Shown one piece after another: positions 28,411 through 37,947 of a stretch of DNA of 64,000 nucleotides. Source of the DNA: an uncultured Acidobacteriaceae bacterium (GTDB lineage Bacteria > Acidobacteriota > Terriglobia > Terriglobales > Acidobacteriaceae); the NCBI GenBank assembly GCA_963782235.1, contig CAWAIT010000005.1, positions 726,929 to 790,928 on the forward strand, read 5' to 3'. The stretch's first letter is position 1. Every line of letters begins with the position of its first letter. Below the pieces are notes generated by a model that did no database searches, was not told the DNA's origin, and saw only the letters and a list, made by a program, of their open reading frames with translations. The translations under genes and the position numbers were made by a program.

Positions 28411-28874
28411 GATTTCCTCTCTAAGTTCGTGTTAGGTGAGTGCACAGACAGCTCGGGATTCGGTTTGCGAGTGAGCTTATCTGGCGAAAAAGGCTTAGGA
28501 TCGTGTAGGCACATGTCCGTACTCTGGGCCTAGATTTCCCGATTGGAAAAGTAAGAAGTAGCGATTAGAGAGCTATGACGAACCCTAATGGCTCAAAGAC
28601 GATTACCTGGAAAGCCAGGCCAGGAATAGAGCCGATTGGGACGACTATCTGGGCGGTAGTTGCATATGCAATCCCACAGTCATTGTGCGCCATCTCGACC
28701 GGAAGTCAAGCACAAAATCTGCTCATAAACGACGTGCTTCCTAACCCTTTGGTGGAAGCGCTGGGCTTTAGCCCAGCGAATGGAGCTTTTCGCTCGTTTG
28801 TGGCTTTAACCACGGCGGTCTTGCATCGATTGCCAAGGCGCCTGTAGCCGAGCTAAAGCTCGGCGCTTCCACCC

Positions 28875-30332
28875 TTAATACGAGTATCCGTCCGGCTGGG
28901 CGACGCAGCCGACTTCCACTTCCGTGTCCACGTAGTCGCGGCCGGCCTTGATGGCCTGACGATCGAGTTCCAGCAGTTTCGGGTTCTTCACCGTCGCTTC
29001 CAGCACAGCGATTGCGGTGTCGGAGGGCAGGCATTCGGTTTCTTCCAAAAGCGCGCCCAGCATGACGACATTCGCTACTTTGGCGGAGCCCAGGCGGTCG
29101 GCGATCTCCGATGCCGGCACGCACACCACGCGGGCCTGTGTGATGTTCATGTCGTCGGGCAGTTTGTGGTGGTTATAGAGAATCAGTCCGCCCGAACTGA
29201 CGGTAGGAGCGAACTTGCGCAGCGACAGCTCGTTCATGGCGACCAGCACTTCGGGCCGCGAGATGAGCGGAGTTCCGATGCGCTCGTGCGAGAGCGTGAC
29301 GTGGCAATGCGCGCTGCCGGAGCGCATCTCCGGCCCATACGACGGCAACCAGCTTACCTCCATTTTTTCGCGCAAGCCCATCTCAGCTAGAAGCTGGCCC
29401 ATCAGCAGGACGCCCTGTCCGCCGAAGCCGGCGAATTTCACCGTGACTTCGCGGGTGTGATGGCGGCGCGCCGGAGTGGTTTCTGGTGCGGCACTGGTAT
29501 CCACCTCGAGCGCCTCGGCGACGGTCTTGTGCGGCACTTTCGCCGACGGCGGCAGCTCGGGCCTGCGGTCGCGGAAGACGCCCAGCGGGAATGCTTTCAC
29601 CAGAGTCTCAGCCACCCACTTGCGCGCGACCACGGGATCCATCTTCATGATGGTGGGGCAGGGCGAGAGCATTTCCACCAAGGTGAAGCCGCCGCCGTTC
29701 TTTTGAATCTCCAGCGCCTTCTTGACTGCCTTTTTGGCCTTGGTGATGTTCTTCATGTCGCACAGCGCGACGCGTTCGATGTAAGTCGGGGTCTCGAGCG
29801 AGGCGAGCAGTTCGCAGACGTGCAGCGGCAGGCCTTCGTTGTTGGCGCGGCGTCCCCATGGCGTGGTCGTGCTCACCTGGCCGACCAGCGTGGTAGGAGC
29901 CATCTGGCCGCCTGTCATGCCGTAGATCGAGTTGTTGATGAAGAATACGGTGATGTTCTCGCCGCGGTTGGCGGCATGAACGATCTCGGCGGTGCCGATG
30001 GCAGCGAGGTCTCCATCGCCCTGGTACGACATGACGATGGAGTGGGGATTGGCGCGCTTCAGCGCCGTGGCAGCAGCCGGGGCGCGTCCGTGGGCGACTT
30101 GAACATTGCCGACATCGAAGTAATAGTAGGCGAACACCGAGCAGCCGACTGGGCTTACGAGAATGGCGTTGTCCTGCACGCCGAGGTCGGTGAGGGCCTC
30201 GGCGATCAGCTTATGCGCGATGCCGTGCCCGCAGCCTGGGCAGTAGTGGGTCTGCTGCTGCAATTCGGCCTTGCGTTCGAATTTGTCGTAGAACGCCGGC
30301 GATTTCTCGTAAACAACCTGGTAGCCTTCCAC
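28875..30332 (-). CDS. 2-oxoacid:ferredoxin oxidoreductase, fused beta (TPP) and gamma subunits
   Basis: GTG start after a GAGGAGG site. Beta: CPGCGHG, YQGDGDLAAIG...FFINNSIYGMTGGQ. Gamma: VKFAGFGGQGVLLMGQLLA...SYGPEMRSG. The longer track ORF to 30563 would overlap the alpha gene. Confidence 0.85.
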   Translation of the reverse strand: MEGYQVVYEKSPAFYDKFERKAELQQQTHYCPGCGHGIAHKLIAEALTDLGVQDNAILVSPVGCSVFAYYYFDVGNVQVAHGRAPAAATALKRANPHSIVMSYQGDGDLAAIGTAEIVHAANRGENITVFFINNSIYGMTGGQMAPTTLVGQVSTTTPWGRRANNEGLPLHVCELLASLETPTYIERVALCDMKNITKAKKAVKKALEIQKNGGGFTLVEMLSPCPTIMKMDPVVARKWVAETLVKAFPLGVFRDRRPELPPSAKVPHKTVAEALEVDTSAAPETTPARRHHTREVTVKFAGFGGQGVLLMGQLLAEMGLREKMEVSWLPSYGPEMRSGSAHCHVTLSHERIGTPLISRPEVLVAMNELSLRKFAPTVSSGGLILYNHHKLPDDMNITQARVVCVPASEIADRLGSAKVANVVMLGALLEETECLPSDTAIAVLEATVKNPKLLELDRQAIKAGRDYVDTEVEVGCVAQPDGYSY

Positions 30333-30349
30333 AATTCCTCCTCGGCCCC

Positions 30350-31402
30350 TTACACCAGCGCCGCGATGCGCGCGAACACCTGCGCGGTAATCTCTTCCGC
30401 CATGGGCACGTTGCCGCCGGCGCGTCCGTAGAACTCGATGGGCAGCGATCCGTTGAACGTCAGCCTCACGTCTTCCAGCATCATGCCGGTGTTCAGCTCG
30501 ACGACCAGCGCCGACTTCACGTTCTTCGCCGTCTCGCGCAGCTCGCGCGAGGGGAACGGCCAAAGCGTGATCGGCCGGAACAGCGCAGCTTTTACGCCCT
30601 GCGCGCGCAACTGATCTACCGTGGTACGCAGCACGCGCGAGACTATGCCGAAGCCGATCAGCAGAATGTCAGCGTCTTCGGTCAGGTAGTTCTCGCTGCG
30701 GCTTTCGAGCTCCTGCGCCAATAGATACTTGCTCTCCAGTTTGCGCACGTGCGCCTCGAGATCATCGGGCTCCAGGAAAATCGAAGTGATCACGTTCTTC
30801 TGCGTCTCCTTCGTGCCCTTGACGGCCCAGTCTTTGGCGGGCGGCTCTATGTCGCGCAGCTTGATTTCCAGCGGCTCCTGCATCTGGCCGACATAGCCGT
30901 CCGTCATGATGATGACCGGGTTGCGATAGCGGTCGGCCAGCTCGAACGCCAGCACCGTCAGGTCGAACATCTCCTGCACCGAACCCGGCGCCAGCACGAT
31001 GTTGCGATAGCATCCGTGGCCTCCGCCCTTGACGCAGCAGAAGTAGTCGCTCTGCTCTGGCGCGATGTTCCCCAACCCCGGGCCGCCGCGCACCACGTCC
31101 ACAATGACGCAGGGCAGCTCGGATCCCGCAATGTAGGAGATGCCTTCCTGCATCAGGCTCAGCCCCGGGCCGGAGGAAGCCGTCATCACGCGCTGGCCGG
31201 CGGATGCCGCGCCATACACCATGTTGATGGCTGAGACTTCACTCTCCGCCTGCAAAAAAGTACCGCCCACTTCAGGTATGAGGAGGGCGGCGTATTCTGC
31301 GATCTCGCTGGCGGGGGTAATGGGATATCCGTAAAAGGCCCGGCATCCGGCCAGCACCGCGCCTTTCACCACGGCGACGTTGCCCTTACATAGCTGGCGC
31401 AT
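30350..31402 (-). CDS. 2-oxoacid:ferredoxin oxidoreductase alpha subunit
   Basis: [59 protein letters not shown]. Confidence 0.88.
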   Translation of the reverse strand: MRQLCKGNVAVVKGAVLAGCRAFYGYPITPASEIAEYAALLIPEVGGTFLQAESEVSAINMVYGAASAGQRVMTASSGPGLSLMQEGISYIAGSELPCVIVDVVRGGPGLGNIAPEQSDYFCCVKGGGHGCYRNIVLAPGSVQEMFDLTVLAFELADRYRNPVIIMTDGYVGQMQEPLEIKLRDIEPPAKDWAVKGTKETQKNVITSIFLEPDDLEAHVRKLESKYLLAQELESRSENYLTEDADILLIGFGIVSRVLRTTVDQLRAQGVKAALFRPITLWPFPSRELRETAKNVKSALVVELNTGMMLEDVRLTFNGSLPIEFYGRAGGNVPMAEEITAQVFARIAALV

Positions 31403-31682
31403 GGCTTCCTCCCTGGTTGGCGTTGATCACAGCGCCTGCCACCTTCGGCGGCGGGATGAGGCGATACACCGTAATCGCGCCAGGCTCAGGACAGCAATAG
31501 AAGCACGCGCCGCAGCCGGTGCAATCCTGGCCGGTATACATAGCAGGATGCACGCCGTACTTGCTCAGCTCGGGCGCCAGATACAGGCACTTGGGCGGGC
31601 ACGACTCCACACACAGCCCACAGCCTTTGCATTCGTCGACGTCGATAGTGATGTTACCGCGCGGTTGCGATTGAGTTGGCAT
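31386..31682 (-). CDS. 2x[4Fe-4S] ferredoxin (oxidoreductase delta subunit)
   Basis: [12 protein letters not shown] and [12 protein letters not shown] motifs. Start taken at MPTQSQ. Overlaps both neighbours by a few codons. Confidence 0.8.
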   Translation of the reverse strand: MPTQSQPRGNITIDVDECKGCGLCVESCPPKCLYLAPELSKYGVHPAMYTGQDCTGCGACFYCCPEPGAITVYRLIPPPKVAGAVINANQGGSHAPAM

Positions 31683-33009
31683 GATCGTCCTTGGCTTCCT
31701 CCAGAGCATTGCGCTGGAACCAGCGCTGCTGCTCGCAATACTCGTAAAGCTCGTTGTGAAACTTGGGGTGTGCGATCTGGACCAGGGCCTCGGCCCGCTG
31801 CCGGATGGTGCGGCCATGCAGGTAAGCGATGCCGTACTCCGTCACGACATAGTGCACGTCAGCGCGCCCGGTCAGTACGCCGGCGCCAGGCGCCAGGCGA
31901 GGCACGATGCGGGAGACAGTCCCATCCTTGGCGGTGGAGGGCAGGGCAATGATCGGCTTGCCTCCCTTGGATCGGGCGGCCCCGCGAATGAAGTCGAGCT
32001 GCCCGCCGAAGCCGCTGTAGAAGCGCGCGCCGATGGTCTCGGCGCAAACCTGGCCGGTAAGATCGACCTCGATGGCGGAGTTGATGGCCACCATGCGGTG
32101 GTTCTGCGAAATGCGCCACGGATCGTTGGTATAAGCGGAAGGGTGGAACTCGAAAATCGGGTTCTCATCCACGAAGTCGAACAGCTTCTTGCTGCCCAAC
32201 ACGAAGCTGAGGATGATCTTGCGCGGCTTGAAGTTCTTGCGTTCGCCGGTGACCACGCCCGCTTCCACCAGCGGTATGACATTGTCGGATATCAGCTCGG
32301 TATGAATGCCCAGATCGCGGCGATCCATCAGGTTGGGCAACACCGCATCCGGAATGCCGCCGATCCCACATTGTAGGACCGCTCCATCTTCGATGAGCGA
32401 AGCCACATGCGCGCCGATCCGATTATGTACCGGGTTGCTGGCCTGCTTCGTCAGTTCACAGAGCGGCTGCGACACCTCGACAATCGCGTCCAGTTGGCTA
32501 ACGTGGATAAAGCTGTCCCCATAGGTGCGCGGCATCTGCGCATTCACCTGCGCCACCACGCGATGGGCGTATTTGGCCGCGGTAAGCGTGGTGTCCACGC
32601 CGACGCCGAAGCTGCAAAATCCGTGCGGATCAGGCGGCGAAACCTGGATGAAGGCCACGTCGATCGGCATTTCGCCGCTCTCGAACAGCGCCTCCACTTC
32701 CCCCAGAAAAATGGGCGTGTAGTCAGCACGGCCGGCGTAAACGGCTTCGCGAACATTCGGCCCGACGAACAGCGCGTTGTGACGGAAGTGACCTTCCATC
32801 TCCGGCGCGCAGTACGGTGAAGTTCCGAAGGTCAGCAGGTGCATCACTTCAACGTTCTTGACGAACGGGGCGCGCGCCATCAGGGCCTCGACCAGCGCCT
32901 CCGGTTCGGCACATCCCGGGTGGATGTACACCCGCATGTTCGACTCAACGCAGCGCACAGCTTCGCTGGCGTTCATCAGTTTGCTGCGGTACTGGTCAAT
33001 CCAGGACAT
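31654..33009 (-). CDS. acetyl-CoA hydrolase/transferase-family CoA-transferase (4-hydroxybutyrate / succinyl-CoA:acetate type)
   Basis: 451 aa. Family blocks GCAEPEAL, LQCGIGGIPDAVL, HTELISD, INSAIEVDLTGQVCAE, SGFGGQLDF. Confidence 0.8.
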   Translation of the reverse strand: MSWIDQYRSKLMNASEAVRCVESNMRVYIHPGCAEPEALVEALMARAPFVKNVEVMHLLTFGTSPYCAPEMEGHFRHNALFVGPNVREAVYAGRADYTPIFLGEVEALFESGEMPIDVAFIQVSPPDPHGFCSFGVGVDTTLTAAKYAHRVVAQVNAQMPRTYGDSFIHVSQLDAIVEVSQPLCELTKQASNPVHNRIGAHVASLIEDGAVLQCGIGGIPDAVLPNLMDRRDLGIHTELISDNVIPLVEAGVVTGERKNFKPRKIILSFVLGSKKLFDFVDENPIFEFHPSAYTNDPWRISQNHRMVAINSAIEVDLTGQVCAETIGARFYSGFGGQLDFIRGAARSKGGKPIIALPSTAKDGTVSRIVPRLAPGAGVLTGRADVHYVVTEYGIAYLHGRTIRQRAEALVQIAHPKFHNELYEYCEQQRWFQRNALEEAKDDHANSIATAR

Positions 33010-33016
33010 ATCTCTC

Positions 33017-33484
33017 CTATGCTTGCACTTCCTGGCTTATCGGCGAATAGCCGGCCATCGCCCGCTCATGCCCCAGCGCAGCGTAATACACCGCGTGGTC
33101 AAAGAATTGATCAAGCATCTCCTGCAACTCGACTTCGCCGAAGATTTCGGCGGGACGCTCCAGCTCGGCGTGCTTTTGCAGGTAGTCCCACAGATTTTCG
33201 CGAACCAGGCAGATCATCCAGATGACCTGGCTGGCGGGCACGCCCTGCTCCGCGCGTCTGGCGCCGATCTCCAGATAGCGTTGCTCTACGTCGGAGTCGG
33301 TCTTGCCTATCAGCCACTCGCCGAGGTGGCGATAAACCTCATAGACGCGCTGGGTTAGCTCGGTTTCTGGGACGTTGGCATACGCCGAACACCGGGGATC
33401 TTCGAGATACCGTTTGTGAAGGCTGCGGGCTAACCCGTCGGAATGACTTTCGATCAGCTTTACCAGCCGATATGCGAGCAACAT
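33017..33484 (-). CDS. hypothetical all-helical protein (possibly a sensor/regulatory domain), first gene of the oxidoreductase operon
   Basis: 155-aa ORF 8 nt upstream of the CoA-transferase gene. I recognise no confident family (faint resemblance to RsbR-N/globin-like sensor domains). Confidence 0.45.
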   Translation of the reverse strand: MLLAYRLVKLIESHSDGLARSLHKRYLEDPRCSAYANVPETELTQRVYEVYRHLGEWLIGKTDSDVEQRYLEIGARRAEQGVPASQVIWMICLVRENLWDYLQKHAELERPAEIFGEVELQEMLDQFFDHAVYYAALGHERAMAGYSPISQEVQA

Positions 33485-33789
33485 GATGTACCCCTTTCAC
33501 CCGGGCAATCCGCGCCAGAAGGCAGGGGGCGTCAACAGCCCGGTTTTCCTCATCATTACTTCTTAGTGTGGGCCTCAGACGGGCCTTTAAGCGGTGATTG
33601 AGGTCACATTTTCGGGTGATAAGAGTCACCCTGGGGGGAGGAAGTTGTCTACCTGAGGACTTGGCGGCGCGGAGGAGGCTGCGCGGGGTTTGGTGGAAGC
33701 CCCGGCCTTCAGGCCGGGGTGACCGTCGAGACGAATGAAGAGTCCGCTTTAGCGGACGGCACAAAGAGGCACGCCCACAAAATCCATTC

Positions 33790-35808
33790 TCAGTGCTTGT
33801 CCGAAAGCTCTTTGATCTTTGCTTGCAGGCCCGCGTCATTCGGATAATGACTGCGAAGCGCCTCGTAGGTCTGACGAGCGTCACCCCAATCCCCCTGCGC
33901 CTCGTAAGCGTGCGCAAGATTCACCATGGTCTGGGCCACGCATAGGGAAAAACACTCTCAGTCCTCACCTGCAAGGCCTTGTTGTAAGCCTCCACCGCCT
34001 GCTTCAGATATTCCGCTGCCTGCGGCCCTTCGCTCCGCCCCGCCAGGTCGCTGAGGGCAAGGCCCAGATTGTTCTGCGTCATCGCCCAGTCCTGGGGCAG
34101 TTGCTCGCGGGTCTCTCACCTGCAAGGCCTTGTTGTAAGCCTCCACCGCCTGCTTGAGATATTCCGCTGCCTGCGGCCCTTCGCTCCGCCCCGCCAGGTC
34201 GTCGAGGGTAGCGCCCAGATTGTTCTGCGTCGCCGCCCAATCCTGGGGCAGTTGCTCGCGAGTCCTCACCTGCAAGGCCTTGTTGTAAGCCTCCACCGCC
34301 TGCTTCAGATATTCCGCTGCCTGCGGCCCTTCGCTCCGCCCCGCCAGATCGTCGAGGGTAGCGCCCAGATTGTTCTGCGTCGTCGCCCACCCCTGGGGCA
34401 GTTGCTCGCGGGTCCTCACCTGCAAGGCCTTGTGGTAAGCCTCCACCGCCTGCTTGAGATATTCCGCTGCCTGCGGCCCTGCGCTCCGCCCCGCCAGGTC
34501 CCAGAGGGCAACGCCCAGATTGTTCTGCGTCGCCGCCCAATCCTGGGGCAGTTGCTCGCGAGTCCTCACCTGCAAGGCCTTGTTGTAAGCCTCCACCGCC
34601 TGCTTCAGATATTCCGCTGCCTGCGGCCCTTCGCTCCGCCCCGCCAAATCGCGGAGGGCAATGCCCAGGTTGTTCTGCGTCGCAGCCCACTCCTGAGGCA
34701 GTTGCTCGCGGGTATACACCTGCAAGGCCTTGTTGTAAGCCTCCACCGCCTGCTTCAGATATTCCGCTGCCTGCGGCCCTTCGCTCCGCCCCGCCAGGTC
34801 CCAGAGGGCAACGCCCAGATTGTTCTGCGTCGCCGCCCAGTCTTGGGGCGCAGAATCCCGGTTGTAAACTTCGAGCGCGAGGTTGTAGGCCCCGATGGCT
34901 GCGTGAGCATGGCCGGAGATTGCGGTGCCTTCAGATCGAGAAATCAACCCCTCCTGCGAGGCTCCTATTCGAATCTGCAGGGCAGCCCACCGCCTAGGAT
35001 CGCGGTCCCGCGTGGCGTGAGCAAGGGCCTTGTCGTAGGCGGTCGCGGCATCCTCAAACTTGAAGTCGTTGTAGGCAGCGTCTCCCGCGAGGATGTAGCC
35101 TTTGATTGCCCGGTCCGTCAGCTCCTGCTGCTGCTCTTGAGCCTTAGCGAGTTCGGTCTCAGCTTCTGTGGCGGCGCTCAATGCCTGCTGGTTAGCCTCG
35201 TGAAAATTTTGCAGGGCAAACGCCTTCAGTGCGAGTTCATAAGGATCTGCTTTGCCGCTCCCCGCTTCCGCAGCCCAGCGGTCCAGCTCGGCCCGCACCT
35301 GGTCGACCGTGAAACCGTACTGGGCGGCCCACTCTCGCAAGTAGCGCGCAGGATCGGGACGCTCCTTCGCATCGGCTGTGGCGGGGCGGCGAACCGACTC
35401 GTTGGCCGCACCCTGGACGAGAGCTCGCAACTGAGCGTCGGACAGGAACTTCGGCGAGCCCTTTGCTAACAACTGAATCTTCACCCGCGTGCGCGCCAAG
35501 TCGTCAGGAACACGCACCTTGCCTCCCGGCGGCTCGTACACCGCGTAACCGGGAACGCTAACCGAAATGGTCACCTCCTGGCCCGGCCGGAAGATATCGG
35601 GCAGAAAGACGTGGAAGAGGCCGTTATCGCCAGGTTTGATTTCGAATTCGCTGCCGGATTCATCAAGCACGACCTTGGCAGCGGTGACCGGAGTCTGCGA
35701 CTGATCGTCGCCCTTCACCACTTTGCCCAGGAGTTGTCGAGAGGTTTGGGCCTGCACATACGTCACCGCCACGACAACCAGGACGAAGGTTCTGATTACG
35801 CGCATCAC
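33790..35808 (-). pseudogene. secreted TPR-repeat protein with six near-identical 50-aa repeats, 3' end frame-broken
   Basis: ORF 33958..35808 has a signal-like N-terminus and repeats WAATQNNLGVALWDLAGRSEGPQAAEYLKQAVEAYNKALQVYTREQLPQE. The last repeat goes out of frame. The remaining TPR-like C-terminus (MVNLAHAYEAQGDWGDARQTYEALRSHYPNDAGLQAKIKELSDKH, stop 33790) lies in other frames. Confidence 0.7.
33961..34860. repeat. six tandem 150-bp direct repeats (coding, within the TPR gene)
   Basis: Unit starts (..TCACCTGCAAGGCCTTGTTGTAAGCCTCCACCGCCTGCTT..) recur at about 33961, 34111, 34262, 34412, 34562 and 34712, with only scattered substitutions. Confidence 0.85.
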
Positions 35809-36656
35809 TTGCTCCGCTGGAGGGAGAAGTTCACCCCGGTATCGCCCAAAGTGCGGCTGAGTCGCTCCGTATGATAGCCCGGTTTTTGCGCCGTCAGATC
35901 GACGATTCGTTGGCTTTCGGCGGCGACTTGTAACTCAAAGTGGCCATCCGCGTTGGTCTCGCTTTCTAGGTGGAATTCCGTGCCGAGACACGCACTCCGG
36001 GCAATGGCCCGCCGGTGGCCTGGTCGGTAACGATACCCGCGAGAGGGAAGTGGCGGGCCTTCTTGCGTACTGTCATATACAGTACGGACCCGTTCAAGAG
36101 TTGCTTGGAGTTTGGATCGACTGACTCATACGACTCCGATTCGACCCATGCCGGTACCTGCTGTCCCCGAAAATTCGCTGGAATTGCAGGGAAATAAGCC
36201 TGGCCACCATCGGCAATCTCAGCAGTTTTTCTCTCGGGACCGAGTTCAAGTGACCACAGTGCCTGAATCCTTCGGAATCGTATCTTGACGCCCAGCCTCG
36301 CCATGCACGTAAACCGTCAGCGGGAACGTAGTGGCATTCGGCGCGAATAGGTATCCACCAACCACTATCAGAGCAGCGCCCAGAGCGGCTCCGCCCAGTC
36401 TCAACGTGCCACCGAATACCTTGCCCTCGTATTCCGCTTGCGATGTCTTGGAGGGGAGCACCCCGAAGAGGAAGACGGCGGCGGTCAGGCCCATGATGAC
36501 GAGGACAAGGTAGTACACCCGCTCAAGGAGACCGAAAGCGGCCAATCTCTCCGCTTCGAAAATCAGCAGAAGCAACAAGACGAAGCAGCATAGAAAAGTC
36601 ACCAACGCAATGCGGGCGTACTGCGGAACTTTGGTCATAATTGACGCGACGATCAT
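35805..36656 (-). pseudogene. membrane protein with carboxypeptidase-regulatory-like domain, two frame breaks
   Basis: TM-rich N-part in ORF 36246..36848 (IALVTFLCCFVLLLLLIF...). Middle part in ORF 35966..36304 (LELGPERKTAEIADGGQAYFP...GIVTDQATGGPLPGVRVSA). The last ~55 codons (EFHLESETNADGHFELQV...KPGYHTERL) are back in the first frame. The stop overlaps the TPR GTG start (GTGA). Confidence 0.65.
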
Positions 36657-36891
36657 AGCGGAGGTTGCTAGACGGGGCAAAGCACAGAAGTGCCGCCCCT
36701 GAAGGGGCTCGGAACCTGAGGAGTGGTATCTCTTTTCCGGCCTGAAGGCCGGGGCTCCCACCACCCAGGGTCGACTGCCCCCCTGACATTTGTCACTCCC
36801 CGCCGCTGACAATCCACACTGTTGGCCGCTGCGCCGGTGAACGATCATCGCAACTGTAGCCGGACGCTATCTGGCCCGGCTGGAGCAGACG

Positions 36892-37824
36892 ATGTCAACC
36901 GCAATCGCAGAATTCATTCCTTATCTTGCGCCGCAGCAGACCAGCGCGGCGCGCACTCGCAACCTGAGCAAGCACTACGGCGAAACGACTGCGCTGAAAG
37001 ATGTCAGCATCGAGCTGCGCGCGGGTGAACTGCTGGCGCTGCTGGGCCCGAACGGCGCAGGCAAGACCACGCTGGTGCGCATCCTGCTAGGGCTGGCCAA
37101 GACCGATGGCGGCGGCGTGTCGGTGTTTGGCGCCGATCCTCGTAGCCTGGCGGTGCGTTCCCGTTGCGGAGCCATGCTGCAGGTGGCGCGCGTTCCCGAA
37201 ACGCTGAAGGTGCGCGAGCACGTTCACCTGTTCTCGTCGTATTACCCCAAGCCGCTGCCGATGGAAGAGACGTTGAAGGTCGCCGGGCTGGAAGAGATCA
37301 AGGACCGCCGCTTTGGCGAGCTTTCCGGCGGGCAGAAGCAGCGCCTGCTGTTCGCGCTGGCCATCTGCGGCGACCCCGACCTGCTCTTTCTCGACGAGCC
37401 GACCGTGGGCATGGACGTGGAGGCGCGCCGCCTGATGTGGTCGCAGATTCGCCTGCTGATCGCGCGCGGCAAGACCGTGCTGCTGACCACGCACTATCTG
37501 CACGAAGCCGATGCGCTAGCCGACCGCATTCTCGTGCTGCAACAGGGATCGATCGTCGCCGAGGGCACGCCGTCGGAGATCAAGGCCAAAGCCGCAGGCA
37601 AGCAGATTCGCTGCGCCACGCGGCTGTCGCTCGGCGAGGTTGCCGGCATCCCCGGCGTGCTTGCGGTGAAGGAAGACCGGCAGGCGTTCGAAATCCAAGT
37701 GGGTGTTGCTGAGCCGGTCCTGCGCGAGCTGTTGCGTCGCGACGAATGGCTTTCCGAGCTGGAAGTAACCAACGCCGGGCTGGAAGAGGCGTTTCTGTCG
37801 CTGACACGGAAAGGCAGCACTTAG
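36892..37824 (+). CDS. ABC transporter ATP-binding protein (ABC-2 type)
   Basis: Walker A GPNGAGKTT, signature LSGGQKQRL, Walker B LLFLDEPT. Confidence 0.9.
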   Translation: MSTAIAEFIPYLAPQQTSAARTRNLSKHYGETTALKDVSIELRAGELLALLGPNGAGKTTLVRILLGLAKTDGGGVSVFGADPRSLAVRSRCGAMLQVARVPETLKVREHVHLFSSYYPKPLPMEETLKVAGLEEIKDRRFGELSGGQKQRLLFALAICGDPDLLFLDEPTVGMDVEARRLMWSQIRLLIARGKTVLLTTHYLHEADALADRILVLQQGSIVAEGTPSEIKAKAAGKQIRCATRLSLGEVAGIPGVLAVKEDRQAFEIQVGVAEPVLRELLRRDEWLSELEVTNAGLEEAFLSLTRKGST

Positions 37825-37898
37825 CACTTGGCATTTAGCCCTTGGTGAAGACTGAGAGCTCTCCCGCCAAGCGCTAACGGCTAAATGCTAAGTGCTAA
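37821..37898 (+). repeat. 20-bp near-perfect inverted repeat between the ABC ATPase and permease genes
   Basis: TTAGCACTTGGCATTTAGCC (37821..37840) pairs with GGCTAAATGCTAAGTGCTAA (37879..37898), one mismatch. Followed by GCTCGACGCTCGACGCTAA direct repeats. Confidence 0.6.
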
Positions 37899-37947
37899 AG
37901 CTAGATGCTCGACGCTCGACGCTAACCGCTAATTAAGGAGAGATTTC

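Noticed and set aside
28575-28847. 90-aa ORF in the spacer between the PQQ-propeller gene and the oxidoreductase operon
   Set aside because: It has no RBS or family signal and runs through small hairpin repeats (GCTGGGC-ttta-GCCCAGC, GCCGAGC-taaa-GCTCGGC). It is more likely non-coding.
29457-32376. Long plus-strand ORFs inside the oxidoreductase / CoA-transferase operon (29457..30431, 30749..31234, 31380..31952, 31681..32376)
   Set aside because: They are antisense to genes with unambiguous TPP, ferredoxin and CoA-transferase motifs. They are artefacts of high GC.
33961-34860. Regularly spaced direct repeats that might be mistaken for a CRISPR array
   Set aside because: The units are 150 bp and contiguous, with no unique spacers. 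They lie inside a protein-coding gene, and no cas genes are in the window.
34069-35469. 466-aa plus-strand ORF and 203-aa minus-strand ORF (34079..34690) across the TPR repeats
   Set aside because: They are alternative-frame or antisense translations of the 150-bp tandem repeats. They are low-complexity and Arg/Gly/Pro-rich with no start context. The TPR frame is the only one giving a recognisable fold.
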